Positions 13,109 to 23,710 of a stretch of DNA of 64,000 nucleotides are shown one piece after another; position 1 is the first letter of the stretch, and each line of letters begins with the position of its first letter. The stretch is taken from contig OZ024740.1 in assembly GCA_964016885.1 (NCBI GenBank), positions 184,946,001-185,010,000 on the forward strand, given 5' to 3'. This stretch comes from Eledone cirrhosa (taxonomy: Eukaryota). The translations under genes and the position numbers were made by a program. The notes below the pieces were generated by a model. The model saw only the letters and a list, made by a program, of their open reading frames with translations. It did not search any database and was not told the origin of the DNA.

Positions 13109-14085
13109 GAAGTTTCCCTCAAAGTTACAAATTTGGGGGTTTGATCCTATTATTTGACATCTTGATCATATTTGATATAGCCTCATGGTAATTGAAGCCT
13201 TGTGAGTGAAATTAGGTAGATAGTAAACATAAAGATGATGTACCTATAATTTAAAGGGCCAGTCTCTCAGATTTATATTAAGGCTGTAAGAGTTGAGAAT
13301 TACTCATCCTCTCACATATTAATTTAACAAGCAGGCTATTTGATTGAACTAACGGTTGGAAAAGTTATTGTTGAAAGTAAAGGAGCTTCATTTCTTAAAT
13401 ATCACTACTTTACTGTTATTTCAAATCTCATGCTAAAAGCAGCATTCTTCAGAGAGATATGTATAGGGCGAGTGAGAGGGATCAGAAGGTGGTATCCAAT
13501 AGAGATAGTGTGTAGATGTGTGGGTATGTGTGTAAGAAATAAGGAGAAAATGACTAAAAAACAAAATTCTGCATACATTATGTATGTGTGTATGTATGCA
13601 CATATGTACGTACATATATATGTACGTATTTATGTACATGCCTATGTTTGTATTAGTTTCCCTTTTGCATATTGTCAGAAAATTAGTTTCCTCATTCGAA
13701 TCTGAGTGAAACATTTCTACATTTATAGATTCACTAATTCCTGCTGAAATTTACGATGAATATACTTTCATAGAATAACGTTAAAAGGAAAGACTGATTT
13801 CCCTGTAGATGCTTATTTCTACTCACACATAAACACACACACATTTATATTTATTAATTATAGATATATGATATGTATTTGTATGAATATATATATATAT
13901 GCATATATATATGTATGTATGTAATATGCATGTATGATATGTGTATGATATATACATATGATATGTATCCTCATCACCGATTATCGTCTATCTTCCACGC
14001 TAGCATGGGTTAAACGATATATATGTATATGTATGCATATATATATATATATATATGATATATATGATATATATATATATATATA

Positions 14086-14123
<38 letters not shown>

Positions 14124-14217
14124 AGGCACATGGCTTAGTGGTTAGAGCATTGTTTTTTTGGGGGGGTGGTGTTTTGATAGAGATGCCTACTGACTATAGT
14201 AGGTTTTTACTTTGTAT

Positions 14218-15453
14218 TTAGGTAAGGCGGGTCTTCTCTATTACTGAGTACCGCCAAAGGTCTCGGTCCAGTGACATTGTCTTGGAGAGGTGTAAGTGTG
14301 TGAGGTCGGAGTTTATCAGCTCGTCCCAGGTTTTTCTGGGTCTGCCTACTCCGTGGCTACCGTCTATCTTTATTGCCCTGCACTTTGATATACAGCTGTC
14401 GTCTTTCATGCGCATCACGTGACCGTACCAACGTAGCCTTCTCTCGAGTAAACAACATCTGATCCCTCTTATTTCTAATTTTTTCCTTAGTTCGTTTATG
14501 CTTTGCTGTTCACGTATATTACTATTGCACATCCAGCGGAGCATGCAAGCTTCGTTCCTCTCTAGTCTGCGTATATCCTCTGCACACAATGCCCAGGTCT
14601 CACTGCCATGCAGCATTGCTGTTCGTATGCAGGCATCGTATAACCTGCCTTTCATTTTTAGGGAGAACCCTCTAGCGTCTAATAGTGGTATAAGCTCTCT
14701 GAACTTTTTCCATCCAGTTCTAACTCTAGCTACTGTACTTTCAGAGCACCCTCCCCCACTGCTGATTTTGTCACCCAGGTAACGGAAGCTGTCCACTATT
14801 TCTATAGAACCCTCTGCGCAGTTGAAGGAGCTAGTATTTTGTGGGCACTTGCTGCTACTTATTGCACCAGAGCACCGGCCACATGTAAAATCTATGTTCT
14901 TAGTTAGCTTACCTGTGATCCCACTACATCTTTTATGCACCCATACTTTGCATTTGGGACATAAAATGGAGTTTCTACCTACGCCTTTCCTACACACTGA
15001 GCATGGCCATTTCCCAGATGGGACTGCCGCCTTATTTTCTTTCCTACAAACTAGAACTTTAGTCTTAGCCAGGTTAATTTTAAGGCCTTTTGATTCTAGG
15101 CCGTGCTTCCATGTTTGGAATTTCTTCTCTAGTTCGGTTATTGATTCAGCTATGAGCGTTAGATCATCTGCGTATAGGAGTTCCCATGGGCAGCCGGTCT
15201 TGAACTCCTCTGTTATAGCCTGAAGGGCAATAATAAATAGTAGGGGGCTAAGAACAGAGCCCTGATGGACACCAACTTTTACGCTAAACTCTTCACTATA
15301 TTCGTTGTTAATTCTAACCTTACTGACTGTTTCTTTATACATGGCTTGTATAGCTCTCACAAGCCATTCGTCAACACCTAGTTTTCTAAGAGACCACCAG
15401 ATAATGGAACGGGGGACTCTGTCGAAGGCTTTCTCCAAGTCGACGAAAGCTAA

Positions 15454-15456
<3 letters not shown>
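14218..15456 (-). mobile_element. 5'-truncated RTE-group LINE ORF2 (RT, thumb, C-terminus) with an in-frame PHD-type zinc finger; open frame
   Basis: Motifs LAFVDLEKAFDRVP, GVHQGSVLSPLLF, LLYADD, FRYLG, LHGSETW, RRLRWYGHVMRM, GRPRKTW. Homology starts at 15456 directly against (TA)n. The N-terminal ~50 aa of the listed ORF come from microsatellite and Helitron sequence. Confidence 0.93.
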
Positions 15457-15477
<21 letters not shown>

Positions 15478-15488
<11 letters not shown>

Positions 15489-16374
15489 TGAGATGCCTGT
15501 CTGTGTGTGTGTGAGTTTGAATCTCTAAAACTCGAGAACCACCCAACCGACTGTTTTTAAAATTTATGCATGTATTACTTATGTTTCTGAGCAAAACAAA
15601 TTTCAAATTTTCAATGCCTTAGGGACCGCATTTGACGATTTAGCGATCTCTCTCTATAATTCTTAGTCTTTCTCTTTTTAGATAGATACATACATATAAC
15701 GTGGCACCCTTAAAATATTTGTCTGTATGTCTGGCTGTCTGCATTACGTCACTTCCCTGAGGATGTCTGTCTGTGTGTTTGAATCCCTAAAACTCGAGAA
15801 GTACCCAACCGAATTTTTTCAAACTTTACATGTGTAATACTTATGTTTCAGGGAGTGATATGCACATAAAATTCAATATTTTGTCTCCTAGGGCCCGCAT
15901 TAGGTGAAAAACTGCGTTTTTTTTTAGCTTTTTAAGGTTTTTTTTTAGGCGTTACGTCAGACCGATTTCCTTGAAATTATAACTATGTATTAGTCAGTCT
16001 CTTGTTCATACTGTGAGCAAAGAAAATCCAACTTTTTTATGGCCTAGGGCCCGCATTAGGTGAAAAACTTAATTTTTTCAGCTTTTTATGGCTTTTTGGA
16101 GGCGTTATGCCTAGCCGATTTTCCCGAAATTTCAAAGCATATTATGCACATAAAAAAAAAATTCATTTTCTTGATCCCCTAGGGCCTGCATTACCTGAAA
16201 ACTTGCATTTTTCCTGCTTCATCGAGGAAAATCTTAAAGATTATCCAGCCATCAGATTATTCAGTTTATTTTCTTTACATATTGTCCAGGCATGCAGTTT
16301 TTCCACGATTAGGTCTGTTGGCGGCCCGCATTCCAAAATACCTTATCCCGTGCAACACCGGGTACCACTGCTAG
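15478..16374 (+). mobile_element. Non-autonomous Helitron
   Basis: 3' end has hairpin CCCGTGCAACACCGGG (16347-16362), then CTAG (16371-16374) followed by T. The 5' end merges with (TA)n. Internal repeats: AAAACTCGAGAA..CCCAACCGA x2 and CCTAGGGCCCGCATTA x3. Confidence 0.75.
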
Positions 16375-16398
16375 TGATATATATTTATGTGTTATGTG

Positions 16399-16436
<38 letters not shown>

Positions 16437-17452
16437 TATGTGTGTGTATATCTTTATTCTGAATCTATGTTCATAGATACTCATGTTGCACACTGAGATG
16501 GAATTGTATTTTCTATATTTGTTTCACTAACCATTCATCTATTTTAAGTCATTTCATCATCAATCAGATAACCAACCAGACTAATTGCATGAATGTATCT
16601 AAGAATTACATAACTTTCTCTTCTCTGTAGTAGATTCATTTTTGTTTTGTTTGTTCTGGAAACTAAATGGCTGTGTGAATATAGTTTATTGAATTACCAG
16701 CTCATTATTGTTGAGTTCAAACCTATTGCAAGTTATTATTGTTTCTGCTGTTGTTTTAGATGTTATTGCCATGTTAGTTTCTTATTTGTTCCTTTTCTTA
16801 CTATTCTATTTCTTGCTGTTGACTTAGATCTATCCAAGGATGTGGCAAAAAATAGTTGCTCAAGATCAGGTTGGAAAGTCAAACCTGGAACCTCATCATT
16901 ATGAACTGCTTTGACACGCCTGCATCCACACATACATACATCTATATATACATTTCCTTCTTACCACCTACACACAAAAACAAAAACATCAAGTTCTCAT
17001 GATACATTGAATATGTACATCCCAAAATTCACTTTTCCAGAGAAGAGAAAATAATGCTAATATAACCAGATTAGTAATGAGTAAAAATATCTGAGTTGAT
17101 ACAGTATTCGATTAAAAGCTGATGGCTATGTGATTAAATTTACTTCAGGCTGGTATTTCACTGTATTGCTCTGCTACAGACACACTGGGCAATTAATTGC
17201 TAATGTGTATACACTTTAGATATGTACCTGGCTACCAAGAAAATCTACCACATTTTCTATGGCAAGGTTAGTAGAGCTAATTAGTCATGTTCACTGCTAA
17301 CCATAGCAACTTAGTAAGAAATCAATATAACCACATTACAATGAAATATTCTGTGAACATTTCATGTAACCACTATAGTGATTACATATTAATTTCTTCA
17401 GTGAATTACGGATAAGTTGATATACTTATATATTATGTTAAAGTATATTCCA

Positions 17453-17672
17453 AGCCATGAGGCTCATTGGGCCAGAATTTATCATAGATTCATTGGCATT
17501 TAGGCAACGGAGGGTGCAAGACTTTCCCTTGGATAAGGCGTCAGTCCATCACAGACTTATTACTTTCACCTGCCCAGCTGTTTCTGGTACTACATTTAAG
17601 CTGTGTTTACTGGAACATCATCAAGGGAAATGATTTGCCCAAGAACACAACACATCACACACTCCAAGAATT
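17453..17672 (-). mobile_element. Degenerate CORE+V-domain SINE
   Basis: CCCTTGGATAAGGCGTCAGTCCATCACAG (V-like) and TTGCCCAAGAACACAACA (CORE-like). Related to 23462, 29235 and 52436. Confidence 0.6.
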
Positions 17673-19431
17673 GCATGCATATATATACATCATCATTTTA
17701 TGTCCATCTGTCTATGTTGGCCTTGGTTGGATTGGTTGTTACAAAGTCAGTAATTAATCATAGCTACTGGTCTCCCTCACCTCCACAGATTAAACTGTTT
17801 AATATCTTAGGCCAAATGGAATGTATTGAGTATCTTCTATGACAGGATGCTCTTCTTAATGTCACCATTTTACAGAGTGTACTAAATACATTTTATCATA
17901 GAATTGACACTAGTGAATTTGATATTTCCTTGACTTAACTGAAGGGTTGAATATGTATATGCACCTGTGTGTGCTTGTATGTCATTGTGTGTGTGTATTT
18001 ATGTTGTGTGGTGCTAAACGCTATGTGAACAAGACAAAGAAAAGAAAATACTTAACATAGAATGTAGAATTATTTATACTTTATCATTTTGATGCTGAAG
18101 ACTTCACTAATCCTTACTTTAATTTTCTCAACCCTCTGATAATCCAAAGATTGAAAACAATGTCCACTAGGTATACTTTTACAGCTAAATTGGCCAAACT
18201 ATTAGGAGATTGATGTATTTACAAAGTACACAGTTTTAAAGCTGATAATTATCAAATCGTTATTCAAAATTGCATAAACTTGGCTTACCCATATCTCCAT
18301 CAGAAGGATACAATCAATTATTTTCCTAATATTTTCATTAACATAATTTGATATCAGGGGTAAAAATAATAATTTAAATATTTTTTAATGAATAAATTTG
18401 AAATAATTAATGTAATAAAAGAAATTAAAACTTGAATTTATAAAACAAATTTGAATTTCGAATATTTATTTTTAGGTTTAATGTTTTAGTGGAGTTGTTC
18501 TGAGTAAATCTGGGTCAACTCTGTCTGAATAAATCTATAATCATAGTGATTGCTGATAATATAAATTGCCAAAATATTGTTGCTGTTTTTTTAGCCATAG
18601 GCATACCCTGATCAAGCATAACTATCTTGAAGGCAATCAAGTTAATACTACCCTGTCCATTTTTAGACTCGCATTGCCTGTTTAATTTTATTTATATAAT
18701 TTTTACGTTTGTAGGATATGCTTAAATTGAAATTTAGCTGTTTTTGTTTTTCTAACAAATTAAGCACTTATGTAAATTTGCATGTATCTCATTTATGTTA
18801 TGGAGCATGCTATGCAAAGATGTAAAGGTAAAATATATTAGAGCAGTATAGATGAAATGATGTCTAATTTTCTGTGTATTTTAAAATTATGACAAATTTA
18901 TTGAAAGCTTTTTAATTCCAACAGAGATCAAAGATTTTCTGTGGCAATGTTAGTAGTCTTTGAAATATAACAAGGTACATTTGTTAGAGCATCAGATAGA
19001 AAACTTTGCAATATTTGTTCTCAGTCTCAGTTTTGATCAAATTGCATACAGATCAGCTTTGCCATTCATTATTTCAGGACCAGTAAATAAAGTAACTGTC
19101 CTGTACTGGGGTCGATTTTTCATCCTCTATTTCTCACACTCTCTTTCTCTCTAAACTGTACTTGAAATTCAAAGATCCAGTCTTGTCACATTGTATCACA
19201 CTAATTTGGTCTGATAATTGTCTTAATGATACATATGTGTATCTGGAATACTAAGTTGCTTCCATGTTAATTTGTGGTGTGGGATCTCACTTGGAACCCC
19301 ATCAAAGGGTCTTTGGAGTCATGTTACTCAATAGAGGGTGTAGCTCAGAGATCAGAAAGACACTGCAGGTAGATCCTTGACTTCACTGAATTGAGAGATC
19401 ACAGCTTCAATATTATGAGCATGGGGTAAGA

Positions 19432-19660
19432 ATCTTTCAGGAAAGATTCGCTGGACAGATTTTATCGGCAAAACCAGCTAGCAGGAGATCCAGGAGTAGA
19501 CTCTGAGCAAGATCGCTGCATAACATCCGAGAGCTTGGCTGATCTCAATTGGGGATGCATCCAGATTAATTGGAAACATTTGCTTCTGACAGGAACCACT
19601 GGAATGGGTGTTTGAGGACTCTACCCCATTACTCTCACAGGAATAAGTAGGCAAAGAAGA
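19432..19660 (+). pseudogene. Degenerate RTE 3' end (same family as 4683-4950)
   Basis: CGCTGGACA...GGCAAAACCAGC..GCAGGAGATCCA..GTAGAC...CAGGAATAAGT..AAGAAGAAG. Confidence 0.6.
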
Positions 19661-19769
19661 AGGATTTCAGTTGATCAAACAATTGAATCTTCATTGGGGA
19701 TACTGACCGAAGACCCCTTATTGGTCATTGAGATTTTTGTATTCTCATATTGATGGGAAATACAGATAC

Positions 19770-19955
19770 TATTGAATAAAACGCTGGAAAAGATGCTTTG
19801 CAGTACAGAGTTCCGGCCCTTTAACTTCTGATTTGAAATCTTGCTATTCATCCATATGAGGTCAATAAAAGAAAGTACTAGTAATGCAATGGGGTCGAAT
19901 TAATTCACTTTCCCTTCTCTAAATTTGTTGGCCTTGTTGCTAAATCAGAAACCAT
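19770..19955 (+). mobile_element. Old Nin-type SINE
   Basis: TTCATCCATATGAGGTCAATAAAAGAAAGTACTAG...GGCCTTGTTGCTAAATCAGAAACC. Confidence 0.6.
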
Positions 19956-20389
19956 TGTATCTAATAAATATATAAACAATTAAAACAATTCATTATTTCC
20001 CTCACTGATTCTTCAAGTATTCATCCTATGTATATTTGAATATCTTTTTGGAATATTTCGCTATTTATGTAATCACTTCAACATTTTCTGCATTTCATTA
20101 ATAACTTAATATTATATTTTTAATGTAGTATATTTATATTTATCTCTTTAATATTTTGTAAATTAACAAGGAATTGTTAAGATGAATGAAGAAATTCAAC
20201 ATGAATGATGCTTTAAATATGAAATATTTAATGAAGAGTCTTAAATTATTCAATTTTTCAATGCAGTTATTTCTATCTCCATTTTTACTGTATTTAACAA
20301 AGTTATATAAGCTCCAGTTGCAGTTAATATGTATGGTTGCATGTGTGTATGCATAATTATATATATATATACATATATATATAATTATG

Positions 20390-20441
<52 letters not shown>

Positions 20442-20477
20442 ATGTGTGAGTCATGATGTATACACACACATATATAC

Positions 20478-20581
20478 ATAAACATTTGAAAAGGAAGATG
20501 AAAATGACAAAAATGAAAGTAAATATATATATATATTTACTTTCATTTTTGTCATTTTCATCTCCCTTTTCAAATGTTTAT
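20478..20581. repeat. Palindrome (~52-bp arms) centred on (TA)n
   Basis: ATAAACATTTGAAAAGGAAGATGAAAATGACAAAAATGAAAGTAAAT... and its reverse complement, one mismatch. Confidence 0.95.
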
Positions 20582-21050
20582 CTTTCAAAATGATATGATG
20601 TCAAAGAACCAGTCATGAAGAACAAATCCTTTTTACTGAACTAATTAAAATATTTGGTCATCTGTAAGCTTCTTGTATTGATTAAATATCCCATATATTT
20701 CAATACACTGTTAAGATTATTTAAGAATAACCTCTTTTTATCTTCAGTAGAAATCCTCTTGAAATACTTTAGTTGCATTTTTCAGCAAAGATTTTCTGAG
20801 GATAATATCTGAATAAATTTAAGAAAGTGGAAAAGGGCGCATGGGTCCATTTAGGTATGTGGTGATGAATCGAGTGATGTATGCAGAAAATTCTACATTA
20901 ATTGAAATTTGACTCATATTTGGAGACAGAAACACAAATATAACAGCAACATTTTATTAATAAAATATTGTCAATATAATTTACTTAATGAATATATATT
21001 CATTATATCAATTATATGAGACTAAGCATAAGAGGTCTCAAATGTTGTGT

Positions 21051-21622
21051 TCTAGAGAGGAGATTGTGTTCGTATGGATATGTGATGCATATGAAGGACG
21101 ACAGCTGTATCAAAGAGTGCAGCGCAATGAAAATTGATGGAAGCTACGGAGTGGGTAGAGCAAGGAAAGCCTAGGACGAGGTGATAAAAACTGACCTTGC
21201 TCACCTACATACACCTCTCTAAGACAATGAAACTAGATCGAGACCTTTGGCACCATGCAAATGTACAGAAGACCCAACTGCCATTGCATACAAATCTACA
21301 GTCAGTAGGCCCCTCTTAACACAATTTACACCCCACCCTCACACCATACCCCATCCTCCCTCCCCCATTCTGTCCGTTGTGTTGATGACACAACAGTTCA
21401 CACTATAAGGTGGTTGTGTAGGAGACACAGTAAAAAGGCTCCCAGTCCACACTATAATTGTGGTTGGTGTTAGGAAGGGCATCCAACGGTAAAAAAACCT
21501 GCCAGAGATGCTTCTGTGCAAGCGAGACATGGTCTCCCGACCATTCCTGCATCAAATGGAACAAAACCGTCTAACCCATGCTAGCCCGGAAGATGGACGT
21601 TAAACGATGATGATGATGATGA
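21051..21622 (+). mobile_element. 3' end (ORF2 C-terminus, 3' UTR, (ATG)n tail) of the PHD-RT LINE family, degenerate
   Basis: LERRLCSYGYVMHMKDDSCIKECSAMKIDGSYGVGRARK matches the C-terminus of the 14218 ORF. Ends CCCATGCTAGCCCGGAAGATGGACGTTAAACGATGATG. Confidence 0.85.
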
Positions 21623-23461
21623 TAAATTGTATTGACAAAAACTATGCAGATATATACAGTGCCAAAAAGAAAAATATTTTGGGTAATAAAGAAAAAATGG
21701 ATGGCTGTAGACCTATGTAATCAATGACATACAACAACAGGGATATTGGAGAAAGCCAACACAGCATGCTGTGGGTGATAGTGACACTACATTGATAGAA
21801 AAAAAGAAGCACACTCACTGTACATTGTTAACCATACTGAGAAAAAAGGGGAGATAATTTCAAGAAATTAAAAATTAATTTCAATGAAAATTTAGGTTTT
21901 TTTTTGTTTTTGTTAACAGCATGGTGACTGCTACACACATGCTTCCATCTTATTAGACATCATCAGGTAGGCTTAGTTTTCAATAGCCTGCTAAATCAGT
22001 GGACATAGACTTTTACAAGAAGAAAAAAAATAACAAGCATTTTGGGGCAGTAACTATATGCATAATTATTCAAATTGAACTTAGGAAAACAACAAAATTG
22101 GGCTATGGCCATGAATTTGCATATTTGAAATATTTGCTCATGCACAAATGATATATAGTGAAAATGAAACTGAAATTTGTCTCTTAGTTCGTGAAAGAAA
22201 GCCAAAAAAAAAAAGAAGCAGTGAGCAATTGTTAGCAACCCTCAAAAGTGGGGAGATAATTTCAAAAATTAATTAAAGTGAAAAACATTTCATCCTTACG
22301 GTGTAGGCTGTAGAATCTCATAGTGAAAAGAATATGAGTAGAAAATGGGTGTTCAATGGGGTTCAATAAAACTTACTAAACATCTGAAAAAATTAATAAT
22401 CTTTGAAAGACTGAAATATTTTAAATTAGCATATTTGATTTACTATTAGAAAAAACAGATTTTTCTTTATTTTTATTATTTTTGTTTTCATTAAACGAAA
22501 AGTAAAGCACATTTTTTTTTTTTTATTAATGACATCCGGTATGATAGAGATTGGTAGGTAAGGTAAATGTTTTTTTGCAAAAGCGAAAAGTCAACAAAAA
22601 GTATATAGGTGGATGGGGACATAATATGGAAAAAGCTTAGAATTTAAAGAGTTGAGGGTAAAAAACGTTTGCACGTGCTATTTCATGAGCAACTTTAGTT
22701 AGTGAAAATGATTCAGAAAACCAGGTATACCAAAGTTTATTGCTTATAATTAGAGTGTAATTAGCAAGTGCAAAATGAATGAAAGATTACAGTATAATTA
22801 CAGTTTAATGATAGACCAGTATATAATTAGTAATTAAGCAATAATTGAACAACTTGGTTGAAATATTGGTGATGATATAACATCCAAAATTCAAAAGCAC
22901 CTTTATCTATCCACCACCAAGGAAATACATTCATAAGAACCTCACCCAGTAACCTTCTTGCTATCCAGAGACACCTTGCTGCATAAAATCTAATCTATAT
23001 TTTGCATGTTCGCAGGAATTATGTCGGTGTGTGTGCATAAATTGTTCCAATTTTTATAGTTCTAAGTCAGAAAACAAGAAGTTAAAGCCACAAACCTTTA
23101 TGCCTATAAATGAAAGAGTATCTGTGCTCACTCAAGTCGCACCCAAATGTTTTGAAAGTGAAAAGAACATATTAAAAAATGAAATCCAGGTAATAAATAT
23201 TATATACTTTAAAGTAATAGAATGTTTGTGTCTAGACTGCTTTCAATCAGAAGTGCATTGATGTCAGGTGCTTTAGTGAAGACAATATACAATATACTAA
23301 ACTTCAATTTGATATAACCGTAAGACGAGAAAGCACTTGTTAATAACAATGCTTGCATTGCTTGGCTGCATATTTATCTATTCTACTAAGATGACATCTA
23401 CATAGAGAAAAATGATATTCACAGACAGGTCTAAGTCTAAAGTCTATCTCAAGCCCAAAGT

Positions 23462-23710
23462 CTACCCAGGCTGGTGCATATTCTGGTTTCCATGACATTA
23501 AGCAACTGAGAGTACAAGACTCTCCCTTAGACATGACACTGGTTCATTGCAAAGTTAAACCCTCAGATACTGCTGGCACTAATTTTCAGCTGAGTATACT
23601 GGAGCAACAGGAAATGAAGTATTTTGTTCAAGAACACAATATGCAACCCAGTCCTGGAATCAAACCCACAACATTATGATTGTAAGTCTAACACACTTGC
23701 CACTAGGCCA
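23462..23710 (-). mobile_element. CORE+V-domain SINE
   Basis: CAGCTGAGTATACTGGAGCAAC..TTGTTCAAGAACACAA..GGAATCAAACCC..CCACTAGGCCA (reverse-complement tRNA head). Confidence 0.7.

Noticed and set aside
14498-15223. Plus-strand ORFs overlapping the LINEs (also 37790-38293)
   Set aside because: These are antisense shadows of RT coding sequence.
15457-15606. N-terminal extension of the 462-aa RT ORF
   Set aside because: It reads through (TA)n and the Helitron 5' end; RT homology begins at 15456.
21842-22285. Direct repeat GGGGAGATAATTTCAA (21848 and 22250) suggesting an old DNA transposon
   Set aside because: No termini, TSD or coding remnant could be defined.
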